Program-made: the position numbers and the translations under genes | In this document: in pieces, positions 29,111-39,365 of the stretch | Layout of the letters: each line of letters begins with the position of its first letter | Numbering within the stretch: the first letter of the stretch is position 1 | The notes under the pieces: generated by a model | What the model saw: the letters and a program-made list of their open reading frames with translations, nothing else | The model's database searches: none | Told to the model about the DNA's origin: nothing | Sequence record: DRR723986_7741 | Direction: 5' to 3' (one strand) | Length of the DNA stretch: 52,551 bases

Positions 29111-30223
29111 TTAATCTCCTAAAATCCTGACAAGCTCTTCATTCACGTAATACACTTCCTTTCCGTCTTTTTTTGGAAAGAGAATCTTTGCTTCGATCAA
29201 CTCTGAGAAATATTTCGTCAAAGTCGTTCTTGAACTAACTCCCATCAATTCTCCAAGGGTCTTGGATTTGAGATAAGGTTGTGAAAAAATCAACTCATTG
29301 ACCTCTTTCGAATACCACTTGATTTTTGATTTACCGTGGTCTAGCGTAGCTTCCATCTGTACAATTATTTCATGGATTAAATCTTCCGTCAGTTTGGAAG
29401 TTTTCTCCACCGCTTCCAGCATAAATAAGATCCAGGATTTCCAGTCTCCACGCTGAGTGACAGACCCAAGGTGATAGTAATAATCTTCCTTGTGGACGAT
29501 GATGTATTTGGATAGATACAGCACGGGAAGATCAAGAAGGTTTCTATTAACAAGATAAAGTTGGTTCAATATCCTGCCAGTTCTTCCATTTCCATCTGCA
29601 AAGGGGTGAATGGCTTCAAATTGATAATGAGATATGCACATTTTCAAAAGTGGATCTGTAGGAAAATCTGTGTCGTTACCGAGATATTCTGTCCAATTGT
29701 CCATTAAATCCTGAAGTAATTGCTCGCCTCTAGGTGGAGTATAAATAGTCTCACCCGAGCGAAACTCACTATTGCCCCGCTTGATAACCGTCTGCGTAGC
29801 TGGCGAGCGAAAGCCTGCATTGGTATTTTTGACCTCCTGAAAAACATCCAGAATCACCTCCTCATCTATCCGGGATTTATGGTTCATCTTGGCAAATCCT
29901 TCCCACAGCGCTTCTCGATATCGCAACACTTCCTTCGTAGCAGAGTCTGCCTTTTCCTCCTGAATCAAATCTGAAACGGCCTTATATAGCTCATCTTCTG
30001 TGGTAAAAATATTCTCTATAGCCGTAGAACTTTTCGCCTCTTGCAGGGCAATTGTATTCACCAGCATAGTGGGGTTAGGCAAGCGAAGTACGCTGGCATT
30101 TACTGAAGCCAATGCCCTCGATGCAGTGACCAATTTTTTCAATACTGCGATATCTTCCTCTACTGCCTTGGAAGGAGGAAGTAGAGGCAAATCATTATAC
30201 GGAAAATTCCGGTCGTAAGGCAT
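29111..30223 (-). CDS. Fic family AMPylase, class II, with probable C-terminal wHTH (SoFic-like)
   Basis: HPFADGNGRTGR catalytic motif, N-terminal inhibitory STAIEN, C-terminal LGELMGVSSRTTLTKYFSEL...GKEVYY. Confidence 0.92.
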   Translation of the reverse strand: MPYDRNFPYNDLPLLPPSKAVEEDIAVLKKLVTASRALASVNASVLRLPNPTMLVNTIALQEAKSSTAIENIFTTEDELYKAVSDLIQEEKADSATKEVLRYREALWEGFAKMNHKSRIDEEVILDVFQEVKNTNAGFRSPATQTVIKRGNSEFRSGETIYTPPRGEQLLQDLMDNWTEYLGNDTDFPTDPLLKMCISHYQFEAIHPFADGNGRTGRILNQLYLVNRNLLDLPVLYLSKYIIVHKEDYYYHLGSVTQRGDWKSWILFMLEAVEKTSKLTEDLIHEIIVQMEATLDHGKSKIKWYSKEVNELIFSQPYLKSKTLGELMGVSSRTTLTKYFSELIEAKILFPKKDGKEVYYVNEELVRILGD

Positions 30224-30240
30224 AAGACTAAAAGCTTTTC

Positions 30241-30450
30241 GTGTCCAAATTTATTAAAAATATGAACACAAACCGATAAACGTGTTCATATATTTTCAAA
30301 AATTGGACATATAGCGAAAACATGTCCACCAAATGGACATCTCTTGACAATGCGTCCATATTTATAGATAAAATGGACACGTTAGCCAAACATGTCCAGC
30401 AAAAGAGGTATTCCCTACCTTATGTTCATTATATGCAGAATATTGGACAC
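30241..30450. repeat. Palindromic heptamer array upstream of fic
   Basis: Four RYGTYCA-N15-TGRACAY units at 30241, 30282, 30352 and 30422, plus extra half-sites at 30322, 30334 and 30392. Confidence 0.85.
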
Positions 30451-30464
30451 ATTCGACCAGTTTC

Positions 30465-31160
30465 TCACCCTGTGAAATAAGCATCCAACTCAGCAAGCAT
30501 GGCTGATTTATCTCTCAGATCATTAATGATTTTACCTTTTTCCAAGAGCACTATGCGATCACAGATCTCTGTCACATGAGTAAGGTCATGGCTCGAGATC
30601 AAAAAAGTAACCTGGGATGTTTCCTTTTCCTGAAGGATCAATTTTTTCAGTCGAATCTGAGAACTAGGATCCAGGTTTTCAAAGGGCTCATCCAAAAAGA
30701 CTACTTCAGGATTTCCCATGAGTGCAGCTGCGATTCCTACTTTCTTTAGATTACCCTTTGAAAGGTCACGTATGTATTTCTTCTTCCCTACAATCTCATC
30801 ATTGAAGAACTCGGTGAACTTGCTCAAATGTAGCTGCAAATCAGCCTCAGAAAGGCCGTAGATTTTACGAAGCGTCTGGAAATACTCATCGGCAGTCAGA
30901 TAGGACAAGAGCATGTGCTCATCCAAATATGCTCCTGTAGTTTTTTTCCAATCTTCAGTTTTACTCACATCTCTCGCATCGATTTCCACCTTTCCGGACG
31001 TCGCACGAACGAGATCAAGCATGATTCGAAACAAGGTCGTTTTGCCCGCGCCATTGTTCCCTACTAAACCAAAGCACTCTGACTTTGGGATATCTAATTT
31101 TGGGATATCTAAGACTACAGCTTCTTTATATTGCTTTTTTATGTTAGTTACTTGTATCAT
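30465..31160 (-). CDS. ABC transporter ATP-binding protein
   Basis: GNNGAGKT, LSKGN, FLDEP, H-loop. Confidence 0.92.
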   Translation of the reverse strand: MIQVTNIKKQYKEAVVLDIPKLDIPKSECFGLVGNNGAGKTTLFRIMLDLVRATSGKVEIDARDVSKTEDWKKTTGAYLDEHMLLSYLTADEYFQTLRKIYGLSEADLQLHLSKFTEFFNDEIVGKKKYIRDLSKGNLKKVGIAAALMGNPEVVFLDEPFENLDPSSQIRLKKLILQEKETSQVTFLISSHDLTHVTEICDRIVLLEKGKIINDLRDKSAMLAELDAYFTG

Positions 31161-32641
31161 AATTCTTGACGGAATGAAGATGAAATTTCATATCGGTTTT
31201 TTAAAACCCGGTTAATATTAATAGAGGATAGCTTATTGAAGAATATAATCCCTACGATTCCCACCGTCCCTAAAGCAGCAAGTCCTGCATAGAAATTGAA
31301 AAACATAGCAAAAGGTAAATAAATCACATACGGAGCAACCATCATCGGGATAATCATAAGGAATTGAGCTGCTCCTACACCTTCGTAATTGAACATTGCT
31401 CCTTTATTCAGATCCATTGGTTTTGGCTTCCAAAGAGCAAGGTAAATGATCAAATGGATCATTACTCCAGCATTAAATAGGAAGGTAGCCAAGTGAATCA
31501 ACAGAAATGACCATCCGAAGTACACATAGGGAATTGACAACAAAAAGCACAGTAAGGAAATAGAAAGTAGAAGAAGGTATTTTCCTCGTACTAAATTTTT
31601 CACACCATCTCTCCTGCTCAGGAAAAAGTCAAAATACCCAGAGTTCCAGCTTAAGAAAAGCTGACCGTACTGGATCATAAATATTCCGGTGATAAAGATT
31701 CCTACGAAAATAAAGATGTTCCTCATTGGTCCATCTTGGTACGCTGGATTATCATAGAAAATGGTACCGTAAAGCAGAAAAAAAGCACTAAGCATCAGAA
31801 AGGTTCGGCTCTTTTTATGTCGGATAATTAACTTCCATTCTAGATTTGCTAGCTCCCCTGCCATACCAAATCGGGCAAAGAACCCAACTGATTGATTCAC
31901 AAATCTAGCCTCTTCCTCCTTAGCCAAATCTTCCAGGTAAGCATTATTCAAATAGTAGGAAAATGCCATGTAGTATCCAACAAAACACAATACCAACATG
32001 ATGGCCATTGGCACAAAACTACTCATAGCCAAGGTGAAGAAAGGAGCAACTAACTCTCCCAAATTAAACCACCCCATATAAGTAGATCCGCCACCCAAAA
32101 GCAAAATGACAAATACAATCACCACTCCGATCAAACTATCTTCAAATCTTTGCTTGAACCAAAGCATAAACCAATGCAAGGTCCAGCTAATAAACAGGAG
32201 AGTTCCCAGCCAGGAGACCGCACCAGCAACTCCATATTGAATTGAAATCTCGGTAAACGCAAAAGGAGTAAACAGTATCAGTGCGATAATGCTCAATGGA
32301 GAGAAAAAGGATCTCCCAAGTAGCATATGCATGATTTTCCTTTTAGAAATAGGTAAATGCAGAAGACTTTCAAGTTCTATAACAGGCAACTTCTGAAGGA
32401 AATATCGATACATGAATTCCACCAGAAAAAAGAAAATCAGGCCTGAATTCAGAACCTCAATAGGATCTTGTCCTTCAGCAAGTTCACCCAAAATCCTACT
32501 TAGAAATATCCCTGCCATCAGCAGATATCCCAAAAGCATAATTGCCAGGAAGCCAAGAAATATGGCAACCATCACGCTTTTGGCAAATGAAGTAGATCGG
32601 AAACTCTTCAGGAATTCCAATCGAATCAGTTCAAATAACAT
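31157..32641 (-). CDS. ABC exporter permease (DUF5687-like)
   Basis: Multi-TM protein, LLHLPI motif; 4-bp overlap with the ATPase gene. Confidence 0.75.
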   Translation of the reverse strand: MLFELIRLEFLKSFRSTSFAKSVMVAIFLGFLAIMLLGYLLMAGIFLSRILGELAEGQDPIEVLNSGLIFFFLVEFMYRYFLQKLPVIELESLLHLPISKRKIMHMLLGRSFFSPLSIIALILFTPFAFTEISIQYGVAGAVSWLGTLLFISWTLHWFMLWFKQRFEDSLIGVVIVFVILLLGGGSTYMGWFNLGELVAPFFTLAMSSFVPMAIMLVLCFVGYYMAFSYYLNNAYLEDLAKEEEARFVNQSVGFFARFGMAGELANLEWKLIIRHKKSRTFLMLSAFFLLYGTIFYDNPAYQDGPMRNIFIFVGIFITGIFMIQYGQLFLSWNSGYFDFFLSRRDGVKNLVRGKYLLLLSISLLCFLLSIPYVYFGWSFLLIHLATFLFNAGVMIHLIIYLALWKPKPMDLNKGAMFNYEGVGAAQFLMIIPMMVAPYVIYLPFAMFFNFYAGLAALGTVGIVGIIFFNKLSSININRVLKNRYEISSSFRQEL

Positions 32642-32747
32642 ATAATCTCAAAAGTAAATTAGATTCTAAATTGATCTCAAAATATAGGTAAAAGATCACT
32701 TAATCATAGTCCCACTTTGTAATTAATGAGTTTTGAAGGGATTTAGA

Positions 32748-32778
32748 GACCTTCGAGGTTTTCTAAACCTCAAAGGTC
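32748..32778. repeat. REP-like palindrome at the btuD stop codon
   Basis: GACCTTCGAGGTTT-TCT-AAACCTCAAAGGTC. Confidence 0.6.
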
Positions 32779-33739
32779 ACAAAGCCAAAATAAACTCCTC
32801 TACCCTAGTAAATTCTCTCCCAGCATATTTAATCAAAAATGGATCTCTGCTAACCTCAATAGCTCCTGCCAATTCTTTTATCCCAGCCTTTTCAAGTGCT
32901 TTTGCAATCCAACTAGCGAGATCTTCAGGGCCTGAAATTTCATATTTCAAATCTTGAACCTTAGATTCAATTCTCCCTTTTTCTACGCTGAAATGAAATT
33001 TCTTTCCAGGCAATAGCTGATTAATTTCACCGGAAATCGCCAAATCTTCCGGCAATCCAGAGATTATCGGAGTACCACAGTTCAACAACCAGAATCGGTC
33101 TGCTGTCTCCAATGCAATTTCCAAATCATGGGTGACCACAAGAATTGATTTACCTTGAGTTTTGGCGATCTCCTGAAGCAGATGCATGATTTCATATCGG
33201 TTCACCAAATCTAAATGTGCAGTCGGTTCATCCAACACCATCACCTTTCCATCTTGAGCAAGCGCACGTGCTATCAGTGCTTTTTGCCGCTGTCCATCAG
33301 ATATTTCAGAAAGTCGCTCTTCTCGTAAATACTCAATTTTCGTTGCAGAAAGCGCCTGCTTAACTGCTTCTCGGTCTCTATCTTCCAGTTTCCCCGTCCA
33401 ACCTGTATGTGGAATTCGACCCATCGCCACCAATTGTCCAACTGTCATGTTTGCAGGTAAAAAAGGCTCGGTCAACACCACTGAAAGCTGCTTGGCGAGG
33501 TCTTCGTTTGAATAAGTAGATATAGGCTTCTCATTCAACAAAACTTCTCCTTCGAAGGGCTTCAATTGTCCCAAGATTGCCTTTACCAAAGTTGATTTCC
33601 CTACACCATTCGGACCAAGCAAACAGGTCATTTCACCTGAAAAAAGCTCAAAACTCAATCCACTCAGAATCTCCTTTTTCAACTTGCCCTTGGAGTACCC
33701 AAGGTTAAGGTTAGTGCCTACGATCGATGACTTCTTCAT
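32777..33739 (-). CDS. btuD: Cobalamin/iron-chelate ABC ATPase
   Basis: GPNGVGKST, ISDGQRQ, LDEPTAHLD; in operon with btuF/btuC-like genes. Confidence 0.75.
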   Translation of the reverse strand: MKKSSIVGTNLNLGYSKGKLKKEILSGLSFELFSGEMTCLLGPNGVGKSTLVKAILGQLKPFEGEVLLNEKPISTYSNEDLAKQLSVVLTEPFLPANMTVGQLVAMGRIPHTGWTGKLEDRDREAVKQALSATKIEYLREERLSEISDGQRQKALIARALAQDGKVMVLDEPTAHLDLVNRYEIMHLLQEIAKTQGKSILVVTHDLEIALETADRFWLLNCGTPIISGLPEDLAISGEINQLLPGKKFHFSVEKGRIESKVQDLKYEISGPEDLASWIAKALEKAGIKELAGAIEVSRDPFLIKYAGREFTRVEEFILAL

Positions 33740-33742
33740 GGC

Positions 33743-34774
33743 TTAGAATTCTTTACTGAAGTTTTTGCGAAGCACCAAACTGATCACTATCGGAGCTCCA
33801 ACCAGTGAGGTCACAGCATTAATCGGCAAAGTCTGAGCAGATCCTGGCAACTGCCCAACGGCATCACATAAGAGCAATAAACTCCCTCCTATCAAGGCTG
33901 AAGCTGGAAAAAGAATTCTGTGGTCTGAGGTTTTCCACACCATCCTTGCCAAATGCGGCACTGCAATCCCTATAAAAGCTATCGGACCGCAAAATGCAGT
34001 GACACTTCCTGCCAATAATCCTGTACTGAGAATCATCAGCCATCGCAATCGGTCAGGATTAATCCCCATGCTTTTTGCGTAGCTCTCACCTAGGAGCATT
34101 CCATTGTAGGACTTGATCGAGGCTATCACTGGAATGATTCCTATAAAAATCACCAGACCTAAAATCCAAACCTGATCCCAAACCAAACCTCCTAAACTCC
34201 CCATAGACCACATCGTGAAAAGCTTCAAAGCCTCTGCACCAGAAAAGTAAGAAAGAACAGAAATAATCGCAGATACAGCAGAGCCAAACATCAATCCCAC
34301 AATCAATAGAGTCATGCTATCCTTGACTTTCCAAGCAGCTAAACTAACCGTAAGCAAGACTAAACTTGCTCCTAAAGTCCCTGCAATGGCAATTGCCCAA
34401 GGATTAATCGCCCCACCAAAGGCATATAAACCAAACGCTGAGCCTGCCAACATCAAGATCGCTACTCCCAATCCTGCACCAGAGCTAATCCCCAACACAA
34501 AGGGTCCTGCAAGTGGATTTCTAAAAAATGTCTGCATTTGAAGCCCACTTATGCTTAGTCCTATTCCAGCTAATATTGCTACTAAAGCTTTTGGTAATCT
34601 GTAGTTCATTATAATCTGCTCACGGGATGCTTTGATCCAATCACCAGTAAAAATCCCAGACAGAATTTCACTTGGAGAGATAGACACAGATCCCCAACAG
34701 ACATTGAGCAAAAAGCTCAAAATCAACAGAATCAGCGCTGCCGAAAGAAGAAGAATTGGACTATTTTTTCGCAT
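33743..34774 (-). CDS. btuC: FecCD/BtuC family permease
   Basis: RLPK, FRNPLAGP..LGISSGA, GPIAFIGIAVPHLAR; start moved to ATG 34774. Confidence 0.8.
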   Translation of the reverse strand: MRKNSPILLLSAALILLILSFLLNVCWGSVSISPSEILSGIFTGDWIKASREQIIMNYRLPKALVAILAGIGLSISGLQMQTFFRNPLAGPFVLGISSGAGLGVAILMLAGSAFGLYAFGGAINPWAIAIAGTLGASLVLLTVSLAAWKVKDSMTLLIVGLMFGSAVSAIISVLSYFSGAEALKLFTMWSMGSLGGLVWDQVWILGLVIFIGIIPVIASIKSYNGMLLGESYAKSMGINPDRLRWLMILSTGLLAGSVTAFCGPIAFIGIAVPHLARMVWKTSDHRILFPASALIGGSLLLLCDAVGQLPGSAQTLPINAVTSLVGAPIVISLVLRKNFSKEF

Positions 34775-35921
34775 CGAGTTGTTGATAAAAATACAACTCA
34801 TACGCTGGAAGTAAGTTCGGATGAAGAATTTTGATCAAATCTTTTAGAATCAAATCCGGGCGCATATAGCCCAACTCAAAATATTCCAGCCCGCCAGCTC
34901 TACCTCTTTTTTGCGTATAAGAAAATACATTTCCGGATTTAAAAGCCCTAAAAGCCTTGTACCGTGGCTCAGCATTCCCCATTGTTTCCAAATCTGAAAA
35001 ATCAGCAGACCCAATCCAAAAATCAGCTTCCAGAGCATTTTCAATCACAAATTCATAATTCAATTGAACACTCCCAGTTCCTTTCTGATCTGAGAAAATA
35101 TAATTCCCTCCAGCATTTTGAAGGATTTTTGCTCCCCAGCTTTCACTTCCCGGAGCATACCAGATATCCTGATAAAGAACCCCACTTAACACTGTCGGCC
35201 GAAGTGAATCGATGATTGAATCGCTCAATTTCTCAGCCTCTAAATAGTCTTTTTCTACCTCTTCAAAAACAGCTTTGGCTTCCTCATATTTCCCTAAAAG
35301 CACACCTGTAAACTTGATCCACTCCGCCCTTCCAAGCGGATGTTGCTCCACATACTCACCGTTGATTATCGCAGGAATCTCAGCTTGCGCCAGCAAATCC
35401 AGGTATTTCAAATCATCTCCCAGCGTAGAAATCATGATCCAATCAGGTGCCAAATCAATGACCATTTCAGTATTTGCAGAGGGACCCGATCCTAAATCCT
35501 CCACCCTTCCAGTGTCAATTTGCTTCCAGGTTTTTTCTGAAGAAATCAAATTTAGATTGGGAAAACCGATCAACTTTTCGCTGCTGTTCAGCATATCCAA
35601 ATGTGGAATATGAGTGGTAGAAGTCAGGATGACTTTTTCCACTGGAAGCTGGATAATTGCATCGAAATTTCCGGCTGGTTTTTCAGCATTTTCTTCCAAT
35701 ACCAGATAGTTAAAGATCTTATCCGCACCTGACCAGGCCTGAGTAACTTTCAACTCCCAAAAATTATTTCCTCGGGAAATTGTAAATCCTGAAGCATAGG
35801 TCAAGTCTACTTTTTCCAGCTCAGTATTTTCCTCTTCTTTATTTGCATTACATGCTGTAAAAGAATAGGTTACACTAATAAAAACTAGCCTAATAAAGAG
35901 CCCAAATAGTTGATTTTTCAC
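34761..35921 (-). CDS. btuF: Cobalamin/iron-chelate substrate-binding lipoprotein
   Basis: Probable GTG start at 35921 gives a signal peptide with lipobox FTAC; EQHPLGRAEWIK, RPDLILKDL. Confidence 0.75.
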   Translation of the reverse strand: MKNQLFGLFIRLVFISVTYSFTACNANKEEENTELEKVDLTYASGFTISRGNNFWELKVTQAWSGADKIFNYLVLEENAEKPAGNFDAIIQLPVEKVILTSTTHIPHLDMLNSSEKLIGFPNLNLISSEKTWKQIDTGRVEDLGSGPSANTEMVIDLAPDWIMISTLGDDLKYLDLLAQAEIPAIINGEYVEQHPLGRAEWIKFTGVLLGKYEEAKAVFEEVEKDYLEAEKLSDSIIDSLRPTVLSGVLYQDIWYAPGSESWGAKILQNAGGNYIFSDQKGTGSVQLNYEFVIENALEADFWIGSADFSDLETMGNAEPRYKAFRAFKSGNVFSYTQKRGRAGGLEYFELGYMRPDLILKDLIKILHPNLLPAYELYFYQQLDAKK

Positions 35922-36019
35922 AGAAATAATTGGAGATATTAAAGCCCAAAATAAGCTCGGGTTTTCGCCACTTCCAAAATTTCTCAACAAACAGATTTTT
36001 TTTCTAAGCTTTCCCAATC

Positions 36020-36027
36020 TACTTTTG
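36020..36027 (+). promoter_or_regulatory. Bacteroidetes -7 promoter element
   Basis: TACTTTTG (TAnnTTTG) just upstream of the riboswitch. Confidence 0.65.
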
Positions 36028-36032
36028 CGGTC

Positions 36033-36223
36033 GAAATAGGTTCCCAAACTCGCTTCTGAGCTCTTGGGATTAAAAGGGAATTTGGTGTAAAACCAAAGCT
36101 GTCCCCGCAACTGTAAGCCTAGCGGATTTTTCCGCAAATGATTTGTCAACAATGCCATTGTCCCGAAACCAATTCGGGATGAGAAGGCGGCAAATTCGGT
36201 GAGCCAGGAGACCTGCCCATTTC
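36033..36223 (+). ncRNA. Cobalamin riboswitch
   Basis: AGGTT, AAAAGGGAA..GGTG.AAA.CC..GCTGTCCCCGCAACTGTAA, GCCATTG...GAGAAGGC, B12 box GAGCCAGGAGACCTGCC; P1 GAAATAGG/CCCATTTC. Confidence 0.95.
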
Positions 36224-36347
36224 TGTTGATTCTGTGCTTTCGGAGGAAAAGCAATGAAGAAAGTACCAGAACCGATTTTTCGGTTTCGATCCCTTCTTCC
36301 CATTTCTCTCTAAGCCCGAATCGAATTTATAACTAATTCGATCAGGG

Positions 36348-38204
36348 ATGTTTTTGTTTGTTTGGGCATTTTCGTTTGTGGCTTCTAGCCCGATTCAGGA
36401 CACGGTAAAATTGGCCGAAGTGGAAGTCTATGCTCCGGCATTAGATAGATTTGCCCAAGGCCAAAAAGTAATCAGCTGGACTGAAAAGGACTTGGAAAAC
36501 TACCAAGGCCGCTCTCTTGGCGACCTCCTTCAGGAGCAATCTCCGGTTTTTGTCAGAGAATACGGGGCTGGAATGATCGCATCTCCTTCATTCCGAGGCG
36601 CCTCAGCTGGTCACACAGCAGTTTTTTGGAATGGCTTGCCCATCAACAGCCCTTCACTTGGGCAAAGTGATTTATCAATTTTACCTGTGACAGCCATCGA
36701 TCAGGTAAGTCTTCAATTTGGAAATGCTGGAGCACTTTTCGGAAATGAAGCTATTGGTGGTTCTGTACATTTAGGCAATTCTACTGATTTTGGGAAAGGC
36801 TTTCAAGCTGGCATTTCTCAGCAGTTCGGAAGCTTTGGATTGTTTAATACCTCAGCCTTTGCAGGATTTTCCTCGAAAAATTTCAGCAGTAAAACCAAGG
36901 TTTATCGCGAATTCTCCAAGAACAATTTCCCTTACAATGACCTGGGACAAATCGGAACGCCAGAAGTAAAAGAAGATCATGCACAGTTTGAACAGATCGG
37001 AATAGTACAGGATTTGGCGTGGAATCTGAACGCAAACAACCAAGTTAAAACTGCATTTTGGTGGAATAAAACCAATCGGGAAGTTCAGCCGGTCATGGGA
37101 TCAAACACCAATGATGAACAGGAAGATCAGGCTTTTCGGGCAGCGATTGACTTCTTTCATTTTGAAGAAAAGTCAGTTTGGAATCTAAAAACAGGCTTCG
37201 TGAATAACGAGCAACTTTTCAATGCCAGTCAAAATAACAGCACACAATACTTTCTTGCGGGAGATTGGGATCAGGAGATTTCCGACAAATGGACTTCAAA
37301 ACTTGGGGCTAGATACACGCTGACCAAAGGAAATTTAAGCACTTATCAAGCCGATGATGAACGCATCGAATTGTATCAAAGCACGAAATTTTCAGCCTCA
37401 GAAAATCTGTCCTTTGCGCTAAACCTTCGCCAATTAGTTTATTCAGGGACTTTCGCTCCCTTCACGCCAAATCTTGGAATGGACTGGAGATTTTGGAATA
37501 CAAATACCCAGGCTTTGCAACTAAAAACTTCCCTAGGAAAAGGCTTCAAAGTTCCGACGCTCAATGATCGCTTTTGGAATCCAGGAGGTAATCCAGATCT
37601 GCTTCCAGAGGAAAGTCTAAGCGGAGAAATCGGCTTGACCTGGAATAAAAAGGGAAATCTAAATTGGACTCAAAGTCTGACTTACTACAAAATGTCCGTG
37701 GACAACTGGATCATTTGGCTGCCTAAAGGAAGTGTTTGGACTCCTGAAAACATCAAAAAAGTCAGCAACCAAGGCCTGGAATACCAAGGGAGTTTAGATG
37801 GAGCTATTGGGACTTGGAGTTGGGAACTGACCACATCATACACCTACTCCAAAGCTGTAACTACCAAAGGGACAGATGAGAATGACCAGTCAGTAGGAAA
37901 GCAGTTGCCTTACACGCCACAGCACCAGGCAAACGCCAAGCTGAGGATCGAAAAGGAGGCCTTTTCGGCTTTTGCAAGCACATTTTATGTAGGCGAGCGA
38001 TCTGTTACTGCGGATAATCCACGCCTGATGCCATCTTACCAGCTATTCAATCTGGGATTTGGCTATTCGGGACTTCGCCTTGGCAAACTTCAATTTCCTG
38101 TAAGTTTTCAAATCAACAATGCATTAAACACCGACTACCAAGTGCTCTATTTGAGAGCCATGCCAGGTCGATCTTATCAATTCAACATATCTATATTACT
38201 ATGA
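36348..38204 (+). CDS. btuB: TonB-dependent cobalamin receptor
   Basis: Plug SFRGASAGHTAVFWNG, GNPDLLPE, MPGRSY; directly under the cobalamin riboswitch. Confidence 0.85.
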   Translation: MFLFVWAFSFVASSPIQDTVKLAEVEVYAPALDRFAQGQKVISWTEKDLENYQGRSLGDLLQEQSPVFVREYGAGMIASPSFRGASAGHTAVFWNGLPINSPSLGQSDLSILPVTAIDQVSLQFGNAGALFGNEAIGGSVHLGNSTDFGKGFQAGISQQFGSFGLFNTSAFAGFSSKNFSSKTKVYREFSKNNFPYNDLGQIGTPEVKEDHAQFEQIGIVQDLAWNLNANNQVKTAFWWNKTNREVQPVMGSNTNDEQEDQAFRAAIDFFHFEEKSVWNLKTGFVNNEQLFNASQNNSTQYFLAGDWDQEISDKWTSKLGARYTLTKGNLSTYQADDERIELYQSTKFSASENLSFALNLRQLVYSGTFAPFTPNLGMDWRFWNTNTQALQLKTSLGKGFKVPTLNDRFWNPGGNPDLLPEESLSGEIGLTWNKKGNLNWTQSLTYYKMSVDNWIIWLPKGSVWTPENIKKVSNQGLEYQGSLDGAIGTWSWELTTSYTYSKAVTTKGTDENDQSVGKQLPYTPQHQANAKLRIEKEAFSAFASTFYVGERSVTADNPRLMPSYQLFNLGFGYSGLRLGKLQFPVSFQINNALNTDYQVLYLRAMPGRSYQFNISILL

Positions 38205-39250
38205 AATTAAACCAACTGTTTTGGGCTGCAGCCCTTGTATCAGTATCCTTTGCATGTTCCGACAGCGGAGATGAAAAACCTTTAGGCAAATACGACAATG
38301 GTATTCTGATCATGAACGAAGGGAATTTTGGAACTAATGATGGCGAAGTCTATCACTTAAATCCAACTACTGAAGAACTTCTTCCCAATATTTTTGAAGG
38401 AGAAAACCTTCGACCATTCGCAGGTTTGTTGGAAGATATGATCCTTGAAGGTGATAGATTGTACTTAGTAGCAAATACCGGCAAGGTAGAAATCGTTAAT
38501 CCAGCAGACTTCAAGAGTTTGGGTGCTGTGACATCTGAATTGGATCAGCCTAGATCTTTGGCGGTGAACGGCACCAAGCTTTTCATCAGTGATTATGGAC
38601 CTTATGACGATAATTATGGCACTCCTGACTCTTATGTTGCAGTGGTAAATGGTCTTGACGGAGGTGTGGTTTCAAAGAAAATTGAGGTTTCGAATAAACC
38701 AGAGGCTCTCTTTTCTTATGGAAATTACATCATTGTCGCTGGCTCTGAAGAAAACAAAATCGAAATCATAGATGCAGCTCAAGAAACTGTAGTTACAACA
38801 CTTGACCTTGAGGCTTCTCCGAAGCAATTTCATGCGGAAGGCAATGTGCTTTGGGTGTATGCCGTGACTTCAGATGATGTGGTCTTCTATACAGTGAATT
38901 TGAATAGCTTGACTTTAGGAAACACGTATACAATTCCTTTGGCAGATGCTACAAGTAGAATTGCATTTGACGGAGATGATGAGATGTATGTTTTGACTAG
39001 TACAGGATGGCCTGATTACAATGATGCAGTAGTTAATATTGACATCGAAGGAAGTAACGCTACTGCTACTGAATTAATGACTGGCTCAGGATTTTACGGC
39101 ATAGGATATGACCACAACTCAGATCAGATCTATGTTGCCAACTCGAATGGCTTCCAAGGTAATGGAACTGTAACTGTGCTTTCTGAAACTGGTTCTGTGA
39201 TCCGAAGCTTCGAAGTAGGAAGAGGACCTTCTGGGTTCTTGGTTTATTAA
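38201..39250 (+). CDS. btuG: BtuG-like beta-propeller surface lipoprotein
   Basis: Lipobox SFAC, NEGNFG motif, YncE-like repeats; coupled to btuB. Confidence 0.75.
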   Translation: MKLNQLFWAAALVSVSFACSDSGDEKPLGKYDNGILIMNEGNFGTNDGEVYHLNPTTEELLPNIFEGENLRPFAGLLEDMILEGDRLYLVANTGKVEIVNPADFKSLGAVTSELDQPRSLAVNGTKLFISDYGPYDDNYGTPDSYVAVVNGLDGGVVSKKIEVSNKPEALFSYGNYIIVAGSEENKIEIIDAAQETVVTTLDLEASPKQFHAEGNVLWVYAVTSDDVVFYTVNLNSLTLGNTYTIPLADATSRIAFDGDDEMYVLTSTGWPDYNDAVVNIDIEGSNATATELMTGSGFYGIGYDHNSDQIYVANSNGFQGNGTVTVLSETGSVIRSFEVGRGPSGFLVY

Positions 39251-39331
39251 AATTAAAAAATTGGAAGATTCCAGAATTGGAAAATTAACTACCCTTAATG
39301 TTAATCAAATAACTTCCGATGTTTCATAGTT

Positions 39332-39365
39332 AAAAGCCGTTGAGAATGATTTCTCAGCGGCTTTT
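39332..39365 (+). terminator. Intrinsic terminator after btuBG
   Basis: AAAAGCCGTTGAGAA-TGAT-TTCTCAGCGGCTTTT. Confidence 0.85.

Noticed and set aside
30241-30450. fic upstream array as a CRISPR array
   Set aside because: Conserved parts are only 7-nt half-sites in alternating orientation; no 23-47 bp direct repeats and no cas genes
35922-36254. 111-aa N-terminal extension of btuF
   Set aside because: It is the antisense of the riboswitch; the signal peptide and lipobox fit a GTG start at 35921
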